In this document: piece by piece, positions 41,267-52,816 of the stretch
Layout of the letters: every line of letters begins with the position of its first letter
Numbering within the stretch: position 1 is the stretch's first letter
DNA from: Patescibacteria group bacterium
GTDB lineage: Bacteria; Patescibacteriota; Microgenomatia; UBA10105; UBA927
Assembly (NCBI GenBank): GCA_035510735.1
Contig: DATKGN010000006.1
Span: forward strand, 1,429-65,428
Reading direction: 5' to 3'
DNA length: 64,000 nt
Position numbers and translations under genes: made by a program
The notes under the pieces: model-generated
Database searches by the model: none
Seen by the model: only the letters and a program-made list of their open reading frames with translations
Told to the model about the DNA's origin: nothing

Positions 41267-42205
41267 CTATTTCTTCAACACTAAGGAAAGTAACGCCATC
41301 CGCACGTACATACCGTTTTGCATTTGTTCCCGTAAGTACAGCGCCCGCGGATCAGTGTCCACATCGGGAGCAATCTCGCCGACTCGGGGGAGCGGGTGCA
41401 TGAGTATTGCCGACTTTTTTAATTTCCCCATAATCCCGCGGTTTATGATGAACCGGTGCTTCAGGCGTTCATATGTTTTCAAATCGGTAAACCGCTCTTT
41501 TTGTACACGGGTGACATACAAGACATCCGTATCAGATAGCACATCATTAAGCACCGCTGTCTCTTGTGTAACGATTCCTTGATCGTTCAGGACAGTCACG
41601 AATTCTTTCGGTATCATAAGTTCTGGAGGGGAAACAAAATTAATCTTTTTGGGGCGATACAACCGGAGTAATGTCGAAAGTGAATGGATAGTCCGACCAT
41701 TCAGCATGTCTCCGACAAATGTAATCGTGAGACCGCTTAGAGAACCGAAATGATTATGTATAGTATAAAAATCAAGGAGCGCCTGAGTCGGATGCTCGCC
41801 CGTTCCATCGCCCGCGTTAATGACCGGTTTCTCAGTTGCCGCTGCAGCGATATCGGCCGCACCAACTTCAGGGTGTCTCACAACAATGACATCTGAATAA
41901 CTTGCAAATGTCCGGACGGTATCTTCGAGCGTTTCTCCTTTTGCAACCGACGAGTAGACAACGCCCTGGAGCGGTATAAATCCACCGCCAAGGCGCTGCA
42001 TCGACGCTATGAATGATCCGAATGTCCGGCTGCTTGGCTCATAAAACAACGCGGTCATGAGTTTTCCATGTAAAAGATCTGAGGCTCCCTTCGTTTGTAC
42101 TAATTCCTGCATCTGCCGAGTTCTTTCAATAATCACTTCTATATCCTCTTTCGTAAATTGTGATGTGCTTAAGATGTCCGACTGATAGAGGGTTTGGTGT
42201 TTCAT
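41267..42205 (-). CDS. pyrB: aspartate carbamoyltransferase catalytic subunit
   Basis: STRT motif (YEPSSRTFGSF), HPLP region. Start set to ATG at 42205, 1 nt after the carB stop; track start 42220 would overlap carB. Confidence 0.85.
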   Translation of the reverse strand: MKHQTLYQSDILSTSQFTKEDIEVIIERTRQMQELVQTKGASDLLHGKLMTALFYEPSSRTFGSFIASMQRLGGGFIPLQGVVYSSVAKGETLEDTVRTFASYSDVIVVRHPEVGAADIAAAATEKPVINAGDGTGEHPTQALLDFYTIHNHFGSLSGLTITFVGDMLNGRTIHSLSTLLRLYRPKKINFVSPPELMIPKEFVTVLNDQGIVTQETAVLNDVLSDTDVLYVTRVQKERFTDLKTYERLKHRFIINRGIMGKLKKSAILMHPLPRVGEIAPDVDTDPRALYLREQMQNGMYVRMALLSLVLKK

Positions 42206-42206
42206 A

Positions 42207-45200
42207 TTATATGTACTCATTCCATGCTAATACTTTTAGATCACTTAGGGTATACCTGTGCATGGATTCAATGAATAACCGTGCGGACTCTGCGTTGGTA
42301 AATATCGGAATCGCAAGATCAATCGACATCCGCCGCATAAGATATCCGTCGGTAAACCCGCGGGTGACGCGGCTCCGGCTCGCGTCCGTAAATCGTTCAG
42401 GCAAAACGACGGAAAAACCAATTTTTCGTGCTTTCAATAAATCAGCATAATGCGGGTGAAGTCCTTCATGAAGCTTATGGACTTTTACTGAACTGACCCC
42501 CTCCCCCCGTAAAAAATCGTTCGTTCCTGCCGTCGCATATAATGTGTAGCCCATCGAGCGAAGGAGCTTTGCAGCGGCGAGAAAATTTTGTTTTTGTGCC
42601 GACCCGCCTAAGCTTAAAAATACTGCTTTATGCTCCGGATACCTGGTTCCTGTGGCAAGGAGCGCCTTGAGATACGCCTCATGGATATCTGCCCCGAACG
42701 CTGCGACTTCTCCGGTTGAACTCATTTCAACGCGGAGTACCGGATCGGCGCCTCGTAGACGCTTGAATGAAAACTGCGGAACTTTAACCGTAACATGATG
42801 CATCCTCTTCATAATAATTGGTTTAACTTTTTTTCCAAGTGCAACCCTGGTCGCGAGTGTTATGAAGTTAACACCTGTGGCTTTACTGACAAATGGAATA
42901 CTCCTTGAAGCACGGAGGTTGCACTCAATAACGAAGGGGCGCGATTTATGAACCAAAAACTGGATATTGAACGGGCCGCTCACCTTAAGCTCTTTGACAA
43001 TCGCTTCTGCATCTTTCTTAATAACCGCCTGCATATCTTCAGACAGCGTCATTGGTGGCAAAACAAGCGTGGCGTCTCCAGAGTGAACACCCCCGTTTTC
43101 AACGTGTTCCGATAGTGCGTAAACGATGAGCCTTCCGTGATCCGCAACTCCATCGAAATCGCATTCTGTTGCTCCTTCTATAAATTTTGTCATAACAAGG
43201 GAACTATTCCTTGTATCAGCGTCAACGCCCGCCAGATATTCTTCTAATTGCTTTTCAGCTTCAATAACAAGCATGGCTTTCCCGGATAATACGAATGAAG
43301 GGCGAATGAGAACCGGAAAACCGATTTTCTTTGCCATTTTGAGCGACTGATCAAATGATTTGGCCTCACTCCATTCGGGTTGTGCGATACCGAGATGGTC
43401 AAGGAGTTTACTGAAGACTTGGCGATCCTCAGCTTTCATAATCGTTTTGGCGTCGGATCCGAGGAGTGGAATTTTGTGTTCAGCAAGCTTCAATGCGAGA
43501 TTATTCGGGATCTGTCCGCCGACCGCGACGATAAACGGAGACCTCTCTTTATCATATATGTCCATGACCCTCTCAAGCGTCAGTTCTTCGAAATAGAGAT
43601 AATCCGTATTATCATAATCAGTTGATACGGTTTCAGGATTGCAGTTGATCATGACCGTTTTTTTACCAAATTTCTTAAGCGTCATAACGGTGTTGACTGC
43701 ACACCAATCAAATTCAACCGACGTACCTATGGAGTACGGGCCGCCTCCCAACACAATGACTTTATCCTCGGGCGCCGGCTCATAATCTGAGGACCGGGCG
43801 GCATACGTCATGTACAGATAATTTGTTTTCGCTGGGAATTCACCGGCCATCGTATCGATATGTTTAATGAAGGGTACGATGCCCATCATTACCCTTACGG
43901 ACCGGACGTCATCTTCTGTCGATTTCCGAAATAGTGCTATCTGTTTATCAGAAAACCCCTGGCGTTTTGCATCGGCGAGCAAATCGGAAGATAACTCTTT
44001 TTCACTGACTAACCGTACGTACGTATCAACAACTCTCCGCAGGGAATACAAAAACCATGGATCAATTCCGGTTAATGCATAAATTTCCTCGACCGAGATA
44101 CCTCGTGCGAGCGCGGCAGAGACAATAAATAGTCTCTTGGCGTCAGGTTTTTTCAACCGCTTTTTAATCGTACTTTTATCAAGACCCATAAGGCTCGGAT
44201 CGATGACTCCTTCATAACCTTGATTGATCATCCGGACGGCTTTTTGTATGGCTTCCTTAAATGTCCGCGCAATACTCATCACTTCTCCGACGCTTTTCAT
44301 CTCACTTCCGATATGCAGATCGACATTTGTATATTTCTCAAGATCCCAACGGGGAATTTTGACGACGACGTAATCAAGAGCGGGCTCAAAAAAAGCGGAA
44401 GTCTTCTTTGTCACAGAGTTCTCGAGCTCGGGGAGTTTCCTCCCAAGAGCCAGTTTTGCAGCGATATACGCGAGAGGGTATCCCGTGGCTTTGGAAGCAA
44501 GAGCGCTTGAGCGGGAAAGTCGTGCATTCACTTCGATGATGCGATAGTCCCCGTTTTTCGGGTTAAGTGCATATTGGATATTACACTCGCCCACGATTTT
44601 AAACTCACGGATTGTGTCAATCGCAATTTGGCGAAGGTTGTAATATTCATCATTGGTGAGCGTCTGCGAGGGCGCGATAACAATTGATTCACCGGTATGG
44701 ATGCCGACCGGATCAAAATTCTCCATATTGCAGACTGTTATGCAGTTATCATCCTGATCCCGTACGACTTCATATTCCACTTCCTTCCACCCGTAGAGAC
44801 ACTCTTCAAGAATCACCTGGGAATTCGTCGCGAATGCGTTGGTTAATAATTCGGAAAGTATCTGTTTATTTTCAGCAACCCCGCTGCCTGTGCCCCCGAG
44901 CGCGTATCCCGTACGAAGCATGATCGGGTACCCGAAGCTTCCCGCAATCGCCAATCCTTCCTCTACACTTTTGGCAATTTTTCCTTTGGCTGTTTTAAGA
45001 CCGATACGCTCAAGGCGTTTCGCAAATAATTCTCTGTCCTCCGTATCAATTACTGCTTCTATAGGAGTGCCCAAAATATCTACATGGTATTTTGTAAGTA
45101 CTCCGCTGTTATGAAGTTCTATACCGCAATTGAGGGCAGTCTGTCCTCCGAATGAGAGAAGAATACCATCAGGCTTTTCTTTTGCGATGACACGTTCGAC

Positions 45201-45410
45201 AAAATCAGAGGTAACGGGTAAAAAATAGACACTATCGGCTAGCCCTTCGGAGGTCTGAATGGTCGCGATATTCGGATTAATAAGGATGACCGTTTTGCCT
45301 TCTTCTTTGAGCGCTTTTATCGCCTGAGTGCCTGAGTAGTCAAATTCACCAGCCTCGCCTATTTTAAGCGCTCCTGATCCTAATATGAGTACTTTTTGTA
45401 TCTGTTTCAT
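42207..45410 (-). CDS. carB: carbamoyl-phosphate synthase large subunit (with C-terminal MGS-like domain)
   Basis: Duplicated ATP-grasp halves, N-terminal KVLILGSGALKIGEAGEFDYSG. Start at second Met, giving ATGA overlap with the carA stop. Confidence 0.9.
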   Translation of the reverse strand: MKQIQKVLILGSGALKIGEAGEFDYSGTQAIKALKEEGKTVILINPNIATIQTSEGLADSVYFLPVTSDFVERVIAKEKPDGILLSFGGQTALNCGIELHNSGVLTKYHVDILGTPIEAVIDTEDRELFAKRLERIGLKTAKGKIAKSVEEGLAIAGSFGYPIMLRTGYALGGTGSGVAENKQILSELLTNAFATNSQVILEECLYGWKEVEYEVVRDQDDNCITVCNMENFDPVGIHTGESIVIAPSQTLTNDEYYNLRQIAIDTIREFKIVGECNIQYALNPKNGDYRIIEVNARLSRSSALASKATGYPLAYIAAKLALGRKLPELENSVTKKTSAFFEPALDYVVVKIPRWDLEKYTNVDLHIGSEMKSVGEVMSIARTFKEAIQKAVRMINQGYEGVIDPSLMGLDKSTIKKRLKKPDAKRLFIVSAALARGISVEEIYALTGIDPWFLYSLRRVVDTYVRLVSEKELSSDLLADAKRQGFSDKQIALFRKSTEDDVRSVRVMMGIVPFIKHIDTMAGEFPAKTNYLYMTYAARSSDYEPAPEDKVIVLGGGPYSIGTSVEFDWCAVNTVMTLKKFGKKTVMINCNPETVSTDYDNTDYLYFEELTLERVMDIYDKERSPFIVAVGGQIPNNLALKLAEHKIPLLGSDAKTIMKAEDRQVFSKLLDHLGIAQPEWSEAKSFDQSLKMAKKIGFPVLIRPSFVLSGKAMLVIEAEKQLEEYLAGVDADTRNSSLVMTKFIEGATECDFDGVADHGRLIVYALSEHVENGGVHSGDATLVLPPMTLSEDMQAVIKKDAEAIVKELKVSGPFNIQFLVHKSRPFVIECNLRASRSIPFVSKATGVNFITLATRVALGKKVKPIIMKRMHHVTVKVPQFSFKRLRGADPVLRVEMSSTGEVAAFGADIHEAYLKALLATGTRYPEHKAVFLSLGGSAQKQNFLAAAKLLRSMGYTLYATAGTNDFLRGEGVSSVKVHKLHEGLHPHYADLLKARKIGFSVVLPERFTDASRSRVTRGFTDGYLMRRMSIDLAIPIFTNAESARLFIESMHRYTLSDLKVLAWNEYI

Positions 45411-46474
45411 TTTTTGAATAATGAAAATACCCACTTTGTATCAAATGGTCCGGGATTACCTTCCGGATGAAACTGGGTTGTCCAAATTTTTTGTTTATCG
45501 CATTTTAATCCTTCATTCGTCCCGTCATTTAAATTAATAAACCATTCGGATACTCCGTGAGGAATCGTCCTCCTATCTACGGCATACCCATGATTCTGGC
45601 TCGTCACATAGGCTTTTCCTGTTGTCACATCCTGACACGGCTGGTTCAGCCCGCGGTGACCGTACGGTAGTTTATACGTATCGGCGCCAAGCGCCAACGC
45701 AGCGAGCTGATGACCCAGGCACACACCAACAAATGGGATATGACGGTCAATAACCTGTCTTATATGTTCTATGGTCACCTTGCAGTCTTTCGGATCTCCC
45801 GGACCATTTGAACATACAACACCGTCGATCGAATCAGCATAAATAAGAGGATCCTCGTTCCACGGGATACGTATAACTTCGTAACCGTTGGCAAGGAGCT
45901 CCCGCAGAATTCCGTGCTTCACTCCGCAATCAATAAGAACAATACGCTTACCGGAATACTCTCGCGGCATATATTTGATGGTTTCCGACAAACTCGCTTT
46001 CGGCACAAGATCAGTTAATACAGAATCATCCCATGAAAAGCTTTTTGAACGCGAAATCATGCCGCGCATGACGCCCTTCTCACGGATTTTTTGAGTCAGC
46101 GCCCGGGTATCAATATGGGAAATGGCAGGAACATGGGAGGAAGTAAGCCACGACGATAAGGATTGTGCCATTTGGTAGTGAGACGGTGTTTCAATGTCAG
46201 ATGACATGATGACTCCCTGAGGCCACACGCGTTCTGACTCAAAGTTCGCCATCAGATGGGCATCCATATGAATTGGCGCAGGTACGCCATAATTGCCGAT
46301 AAGAGGGTATGTAAAAATTAACAGTTGTCCGCCAAACGACGGATCGGTGAGACTCTGCGGGTAGCCGGTCATACCGGTCGTAAAAACGACTTCACCGCAG
46401 GTGTCTCCATCATACCCAACGCTTTCCCCTTCAATAATTTCACCGTCTTCAAGTAGTAAATAGTTTTTTTTCAT
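45407..46474 (-). CDS. carA: carbamoyl-phosphate synthase small subunit (glutamine amidotransferase)
   Basis: GVCLGHQL catalytic Cys motif, C-terminal His/Glu region. Confidence 0.9.
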   Translation of the reverse strand: MKKNYLLLEDGEIIEGESVGYDGDTCGEVVFTTGMTGYPQSLTDPSFGGQLLIFTYPLIGNYGVPAPIHMDAHLMANFESERVWPQGVIMSSDIETPSHYQMAQSLSSWLTSSHVPAISHIDTRALTQKIREKGVMRGMISRSKSFSWDDSVLTDLVPKASLSETIKYMPREYSGKRIVLIDCGVKHGILRELLANGYEVIRIPWNEDPLIYADSIDGVVCSNGPGDPKDCKVTIEHIRQVIDRHIPFVGVCLGHQLAALALGADTYKLPYGHRGLNQPCQDVTTGKAYVTSQNHGYAVDRRTIPHGVSEWFINLNDGTNEGLKCDKQKIWTTQFHPEGNPGPFDTKWVFSLFKK

Positions 46475-46523
46475 TATCGATAAAAAAATCCCGCTTTCGC
46501 GGGGTTACTATGAGTGAAAATTA

Positions 46524-47516
46524 TCATATACCGAGGGCAATTCGCCCATTAATGGTTGCAATATTAACGGCTTTGGCGATATCGGTAAATCGATTGCCAC
46601 ACATGAGCAAACTTAATTCCTGCCACATATCGCCATCACAGAATGGCACCATGTAGTCACAAATATTATCAGTACCAAGTGCGACAGTGATTCCTGCAGG
46701 GACTAATTCATCTATCGGGGTTAATGAATTATGAAACGGCATCAGAGTTTCATTGCGTTTACTATCAATCCATGCGATGGGACAACTCACCATCATGAGG
46801 CCGGCTTTTTTCATTTTTCTATACAGCTTTAGGCGATATTCTTTTGGGTGTGCTGCTATAGAAATTCCGTGAATTGCAACGACTCTCCCCTGCATACCAT
46901 GTGCGATTGTTTTATCGCAAAGAAGTTCGGTTTCGGTATCATTCACCGTATTGAACTGATCGACATGCACATGCACCATCTTGTTATATTTTTTGGCAGT
47001 CGAAAGCAATATATCCATATGCTCTGCGCCTTTTTTGTAATCCACTTCATCCCTCCGTGGTAATCCACCAATGATATCCACCATCTGGGCAGCCACATCA
47101 AACCACTTACGTGCTTCAGGATTAATAATTCCTTTAAGGGTTTGATTGATAAATTTTATGTTAATATCTTTCTTATAGTGTTCCCTGGCTCTGAGGGCGG
47201 CCCGAATAGCACGATCTTCACATACGGGGTCAACATCTATAAACGATCCTAAGGCGGTCACCCCCTGAGCGAGCATCACTTCAATGGCTTTTGATATCCT
47301 ATCGTAGTAATCATTTTCTGTCGCATCTTTTTTCACAGCATCGACCAAATCCCACTTTTCCTCTAATGAATGATTTTTATAAATATCCAGAGTATCAGGA
47401 TTTATCGTAAATGCCCGGTCTGCATGCGCATGAGCGTTCACCCATCCTCCCTGCTTTTTTATTTCAGAAAGCATCAGTGGCTTAAAATTCCAGACTTGCG
47501 TTTTATCTGATTTCAT
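46524..47516 (-). CDS. amidohydrolase-superfamily protein, cytosine-deaminase-like
   Basis: NAHAHADRAF (HxH metal site) and HVHVD motifs; start moved to internal Met (MKSDKTQV...) to avoid overlap with argG. Confidence 0.5.
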   Translation of the reverse strand: MKSDKTQVWNFKPLMLSEIKKQGGWVNAHAHADRAFTINPDTLDIYKNHSLEEKWDLVDAVKKDATENDYYDRISKAIEVMLAQGVTALGSFIDVDPVCEDRAIRAALRAREHYKKDINIKFINQTLKGIINPEARKWFDVAAQMVDIIGGLPRRDEVDYKKGAEHMDILLSTAKKYNKMVHVHVDQFNTVNDTETELLCDKTIAHGMQGRVVAIHGISIAAHPKEYRLKLYRKMKKAGLMMVSCPIAWIDSKRNETLMPFHNSLTPIDELVPAGITVALGTDNICDYMVPFCDGDMWQELSLLMCGNRFTDIAKAVNIATINGRIALGI

Positions 47517-47535
47517 AATCCTGCTTCCGTCATAT

Positions 47536-49155
47536 TTATGATTTATGAAGCTGAGCCGAATACAATTTTTCAATAAGGCTTTCCGCAACATTAATTGTCG
47601 TTACGAGTGTAGTGTTAAATTTAATTGCGTATTCACGGATCGTCTGTCCGTCGGTCTTTTCCTTCGTCTTCGTGCCTGACGGGATGTTGATAATAAGGTC
47701 AAACCGGTTAGCAGCCAGCAAATCCGCAAGATTCGGTTTGAGGTGCGGCTGGGAGATCTTATTGACCAATATAGCTTCAATCCCGTGGATCTTCAGGAAC
47801 TTATGCGTCTTATATGTCGCGTACAGTTTATAGCGAAGTTCTGAGAGCCTTCGAATCGTTGATAATAATTTTATTTTGTTGCTCCGTTTGCCGATAGACA
47901 GAAGCACCGTTTTCTCGGCGCGTTGGGAAAGGCGCATCTGAAGCGTGTAGAGTTCGATAAATCCTGCCGATGCGTTTTGATTGAACGCTCCCGAGGTCAT
48001 GAATGTCGCAAGCTTTTCCTGGAAGATCGTATTGGGGGTCTCGACAGCAACCGCTTCGCAAGAACCCTTAAACAACCGTAATTTAACTTTACCGGTCACT
48101 TTCTGATTCATTTTATCGATGAATGCGTTAAGATCGTCAAACAACGGTTCGTACCACTTGGCACCGTAACAAAGGTATGCCCATTTGGTATCGATCGTCG
48201 ACTTAAATTCATTTTCTTCTCGGGTGGACACATACTTCTCAAGATCCCGGTGGGCAGTTATGATAATTTCAGCAGCCGGCGCTTCATACAACCCCCGTAC
48301 CTTTAACCCAACGACCCGGTCCTCTATGAGATGAACAATACCGACCCCGTATTTGGCACCGACCTTATTTAACTCGAGGATGATATCCGTCAATTTCATC
48401 TGATTGCCGTTGACCGCAACCGGCAGACCTTTAATAAACTCAAGTTCGACAATTTCCGGCTTATCAGGTGCTTCCCATGGGGGCGTCGTGATCTGGAGAA
48501 TTTTTTCCATCGGTGGAATGAGCGCCGGATTTTCAATCTCTCCGCCCTCACCCGTCACTCCCCACATGTTGTCATCGTAGGAATACGGTTTTTGCACTGT
48601 CTGTTTGACTTCGATGCCGTGCTTTTTGGCGTATACTAATTCTTCATCCCTGCCCATAGACCATTCGCGGACCGGCGCAATGATTTTGATATCGGGGTTA
48701 AGCGCGAGCGCGGTGCCTTCAATCCGGACCTGATCATTCCCTTTGCCGGTGCATCCGTGCGCTATCGCATCGGCTCCTTCACGTGCCGCAATTTTTACCG
48801 CCCATTTCGCAAGAAGAGGCCGCCCGATCGGAGTGGATAGATGGTAACGACCCTGATAACTGGCATTTGCTTTTATACCCTTCGCAATATATTCTTCAGC
48901 GAATTCATCTTTAGCATCAATCACATATGCATTGATCGCTCCCAGTTTGAGCGCTTTTTTACGGATCTGCTCCAAATCATCGGTTAACTGACCGATATCT
49001 ATAGTAAGGGCAACAATCTGGGCTTTATATTCGTCAGCAATCCACTTAAGCATGACCGATGTGTCCAATCCTCCCGAATATAAAAGAACGACTTTTTTGA
49101 CTTCTCCTTTTTTCGCCTCATACGAGGATACTTTGATGTAATCCTGCTTATGCAT
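47536..49155 (-). CDS. argG: argininosuccinate synthase fused to a C-terminal MGS-like domain
   Basis: N-terminal PP-loop VVLLYSGGLDTSV and full ArgG body; C-terminal ~130 aa KLYATYKTHKFLKIHGIEAILVNK...FDLIINIPSG...TTLVTTINVAESLIE parallels the CarB C-terminal MGS-like domain present in this window. Confidence 0.8.
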   Translation of the reverse strand: MHKQDYIKVSSYEAKKGEVKKVVLLYSGGLDTSVMLKWIADEYKAQIVALTIDIGQLTDDLEQIRKKALKLGAINAYVIDAKDEFAEEYIAKGIKANASYQGRYHLSTPIGRPLLAKWAVKIAAREGADAIAHGCTGKGNDQVRIEGTALALNPDIKIIAPVREWSMGRDEELVYAKKHGIEVKQTVQKPYSYDDNMWGVTGEGGEIENPALIPPMEKILQITTPPWEAPDKPEIVELEFIKGLPVAVNGNQMKLTDIILELNKVGAKYGVGIVHLIEDRVVGLKVRGLYEAPAAEIIITAHRDLEKYVSTREENEFKSTIDTKWAYLCYGAKWYEPLFDDLNAFIDKMNQKVTGKVKLRLFKGSCEAVAVETPNTIFQEKLATFMTSGAFNQNASAGFIELYTLQMRLSQRAEKTVLLSIGKRSNKIKLLSTIRRLSELRYKLYATYKTHKFLKIHGIEAILVNKISQPHLKPNLADLLAANRFDLIINIPSGTKTKEKTDGQTIREYAIKFNTTLVTTINVAESLIEKLYSAQLHKS

Positions 49156-49177
49156 AAAAAAAGAGCCGTTAGGCTCT
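49156..49177 (-). terminator. intrinsic terminator-like hairpin (AGAGCC-TAAC-GGCTCT + T6/7) ending at the argG ATG
   Basis: Perfect 6-bp stem and U-tract read on the minus strand; stop codon of the upstream small ORF lies in the loop. Confidence 0.5.
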
Positions 49178-49222
49178 ATCCTTTTGGCAACATGTGAACT
49201 GGGTAATAAGAATATGACTCAT
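49169..49222 (-). CDS. candidate 17-codon leader ORF upstream of argG (MSHILITQFTCCQKDRA)
   Basis: AGGAA 6 nt upstream of ATG; stop TAA sits in the terminator loop 14 nt before the argG ATG. Confidence 0.3.
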   Translation of the reverse strand: MSHILITQFTCCQKDRA

Positions 49223-49238
49223 ACAATTCCTAGAGCCT

Positions 49239-49267
49239 AGTCTATCGCAGAAATCCCGAGGTGTCAA
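49239..49267 (-). promoter_or_regulatory. candidate promoter for argG leader (TTGACA-N17-TAGACT)
   Basis: Hexamers and spacing on minus strand. Confidence 0.3.
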
Positions 49268-49381
49268 TACAAAACCGTCTTTTTTGTAAGGAAAAGTGCA
49301 AAAATGATCAAGTATGAACCAATAACTCGTCATTTTATTGAAATAATAGATATAATTCACTATTTTAACAAAAGTGAGATA

Positions 49382-49885
49382 CTATAACGTACGACCGTGA
49401 TATGAAGGATGTGAAGTGGTTTTACTGATCCCTCCGAGATTTTTACGGAAGAGCGCATAGAAAATATCTCCCTTCGTGACAAGACCGACTACCTCGTCTT
49501 TTTCGGACAGAACCGGCATTTGGCTAAGTCGTCGCGCAATCATTCGCGACAACGCCCGCATAACCGGCGAATCCGCTCTGGTAAAAACCACACGGGTCCG
49601 CATGACATCTCGGGCTTTTGTATTCCCGAGTTCCCGGACCTTACTTTCCATCTGTTCAAAATCTTCAAAACTCGTTATGTCTTCAAAATACTCCTGATAA
49701 TTGGGAAAAAGCGCTTCAAGTAAATCTTCTTTGGCGATAATACCTATAAGCTTTTTTTTAACATCGACAACGGGGATGGAATTCATGTGTTTCTTAAACA
49801 GCGATCTCCAGAGTTCCCGGATAGTCGTGTCCGGTGTCGCCGTAAACACATGTTGGCTCATGACTTGACGAACTTTCATATGCAC
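49382..49885 (-). CDS. CBS-domain pair protein
   Basis: Two CBS-like repeats (IPVVDVKKKLIGIIAKEDLL; MPVLSEKDEVVGLVTKGDIF). Confidence 0.6.
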   Translation of the reverse strand: MHMKVRQVMSQHVFTATPDTTIRELWRSLFKKHMNSIPVVDVKKKLIGIIAKEDLLEALFPNYQEYFEDITSFEDFEQMESKVRELGNTKARDVMRTRVVFTRADSPVMRALSRMIARRLSQMPVLSEKDEVVGLVTKGDIFYALFRKNLGGISKTTSHPSYHGRTL

Positions 49886-50017
49886 CTCTTTTCTGCTTCT
49901 TAAAGGAGAAGCGATTCGATGATATGCGGTTTAAGTCAAAAATAATTTCTCAAGCGACGTTGGGCCGTTTGAAAGTGTAGTGTATCGATTATATATCTGT
50001 CAACCCCGCGACAATAA

Positions 50018-50452
50018 TTAGTGGTTGGATGAAGAAATCGGCGTTCGTTGACGATGACGTCTATATACTTTAAGTTCCAGTAGTGACCGCCTAAGCATTG
50101 CTTGGGCTGTAGCAAGCTCATCACCGGTAGCACGCCCGGCAATAACATTTTTAGCTGCTTCCTGTGCTTTTTTAATTTCCGTTTCATTGAGCTCATGCGC
50201 ATGAACGGCACGCGACACGAGAATCGAAACTTTGCTTTGAGCAACTTCCATGAAGCCGCCGCCGATAGCGAGCAGATACTCTTTCGGTCCGACGGTAATT
50301 TTAATCTCACCCTCACTAAGCGATGAAAAGAGCGGCTCGTGATGCGCAAGGACGCCGATTGAACCATTCTGTGTCGGCACAACCACACTATCAACTTCTT
50401 CAGCAAAAGCCTGCCGCTGTGGGGTGATGATCTCAAGTAAAAATTTTGTCAT
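50018..50452 (-). CDS. atpC: F0F1 ATP synthase subunit epsilon
   Basis: LEIITPQRQAF...VVVPTQNGSIGVLAHHEPL. Confidence 0.85.
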   Translation of the reverse strand: MTKFLLEIITPQRQAFAEEVDSVVVPTQNGSIGVLAHHEPLFSSLSEGEIKITVGPKEYLLAIGGGFMEVAQSKVSILVSRAVHAHELNETEIKKAQEAAKNVIAGRATGDELATAQAMLRRSLLELKVYRRHRQRTPISSSNH

Positions 50453-50454
50453 AT

Positions 50455-50518
50455 CGTTAAGCGTAAATAGTTAAGCGTAAACCGCGATTGACGATTAACG
50501 GTTAACGAATAACGAACT
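50455..50518. repeat. intergenic short tandem/direct repeats between atpD and atpC (TTACGCTTAAC x2; CGTTA(A)(C) reiterations)
   Basis: cgttaagcgtaaatagttaagcgtaaaccgcgattgacgattaacggttaacgaataacgaac. Confidence 0.5.
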
Positions 50519-50519
50519 T

Positions 50520-52812
<2,293 letters not shown>

Positions 52813-52816
52813 GTTA

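Noticed and set aside
41118-41582. 154-aa plus-strand ORF
   Set aside because: Runs through the palindromic repeat and antisense into pyrB
43360-45114. Several short plus-strand ORFs inside carB
   Set aside because: Antisense to carB
49169-49360. 63-aa minus-strand ORF upstream of argG
   Set aside because: As a 63-aa protein it is unconvincing. Only its last 17 codons (with RBS) are retained as a candidate leader peptide
49936-50436. 166-aa minus-strand ORF
   Set aside because: Alternative frame overlapping atpC (epsilon), which has clear homology
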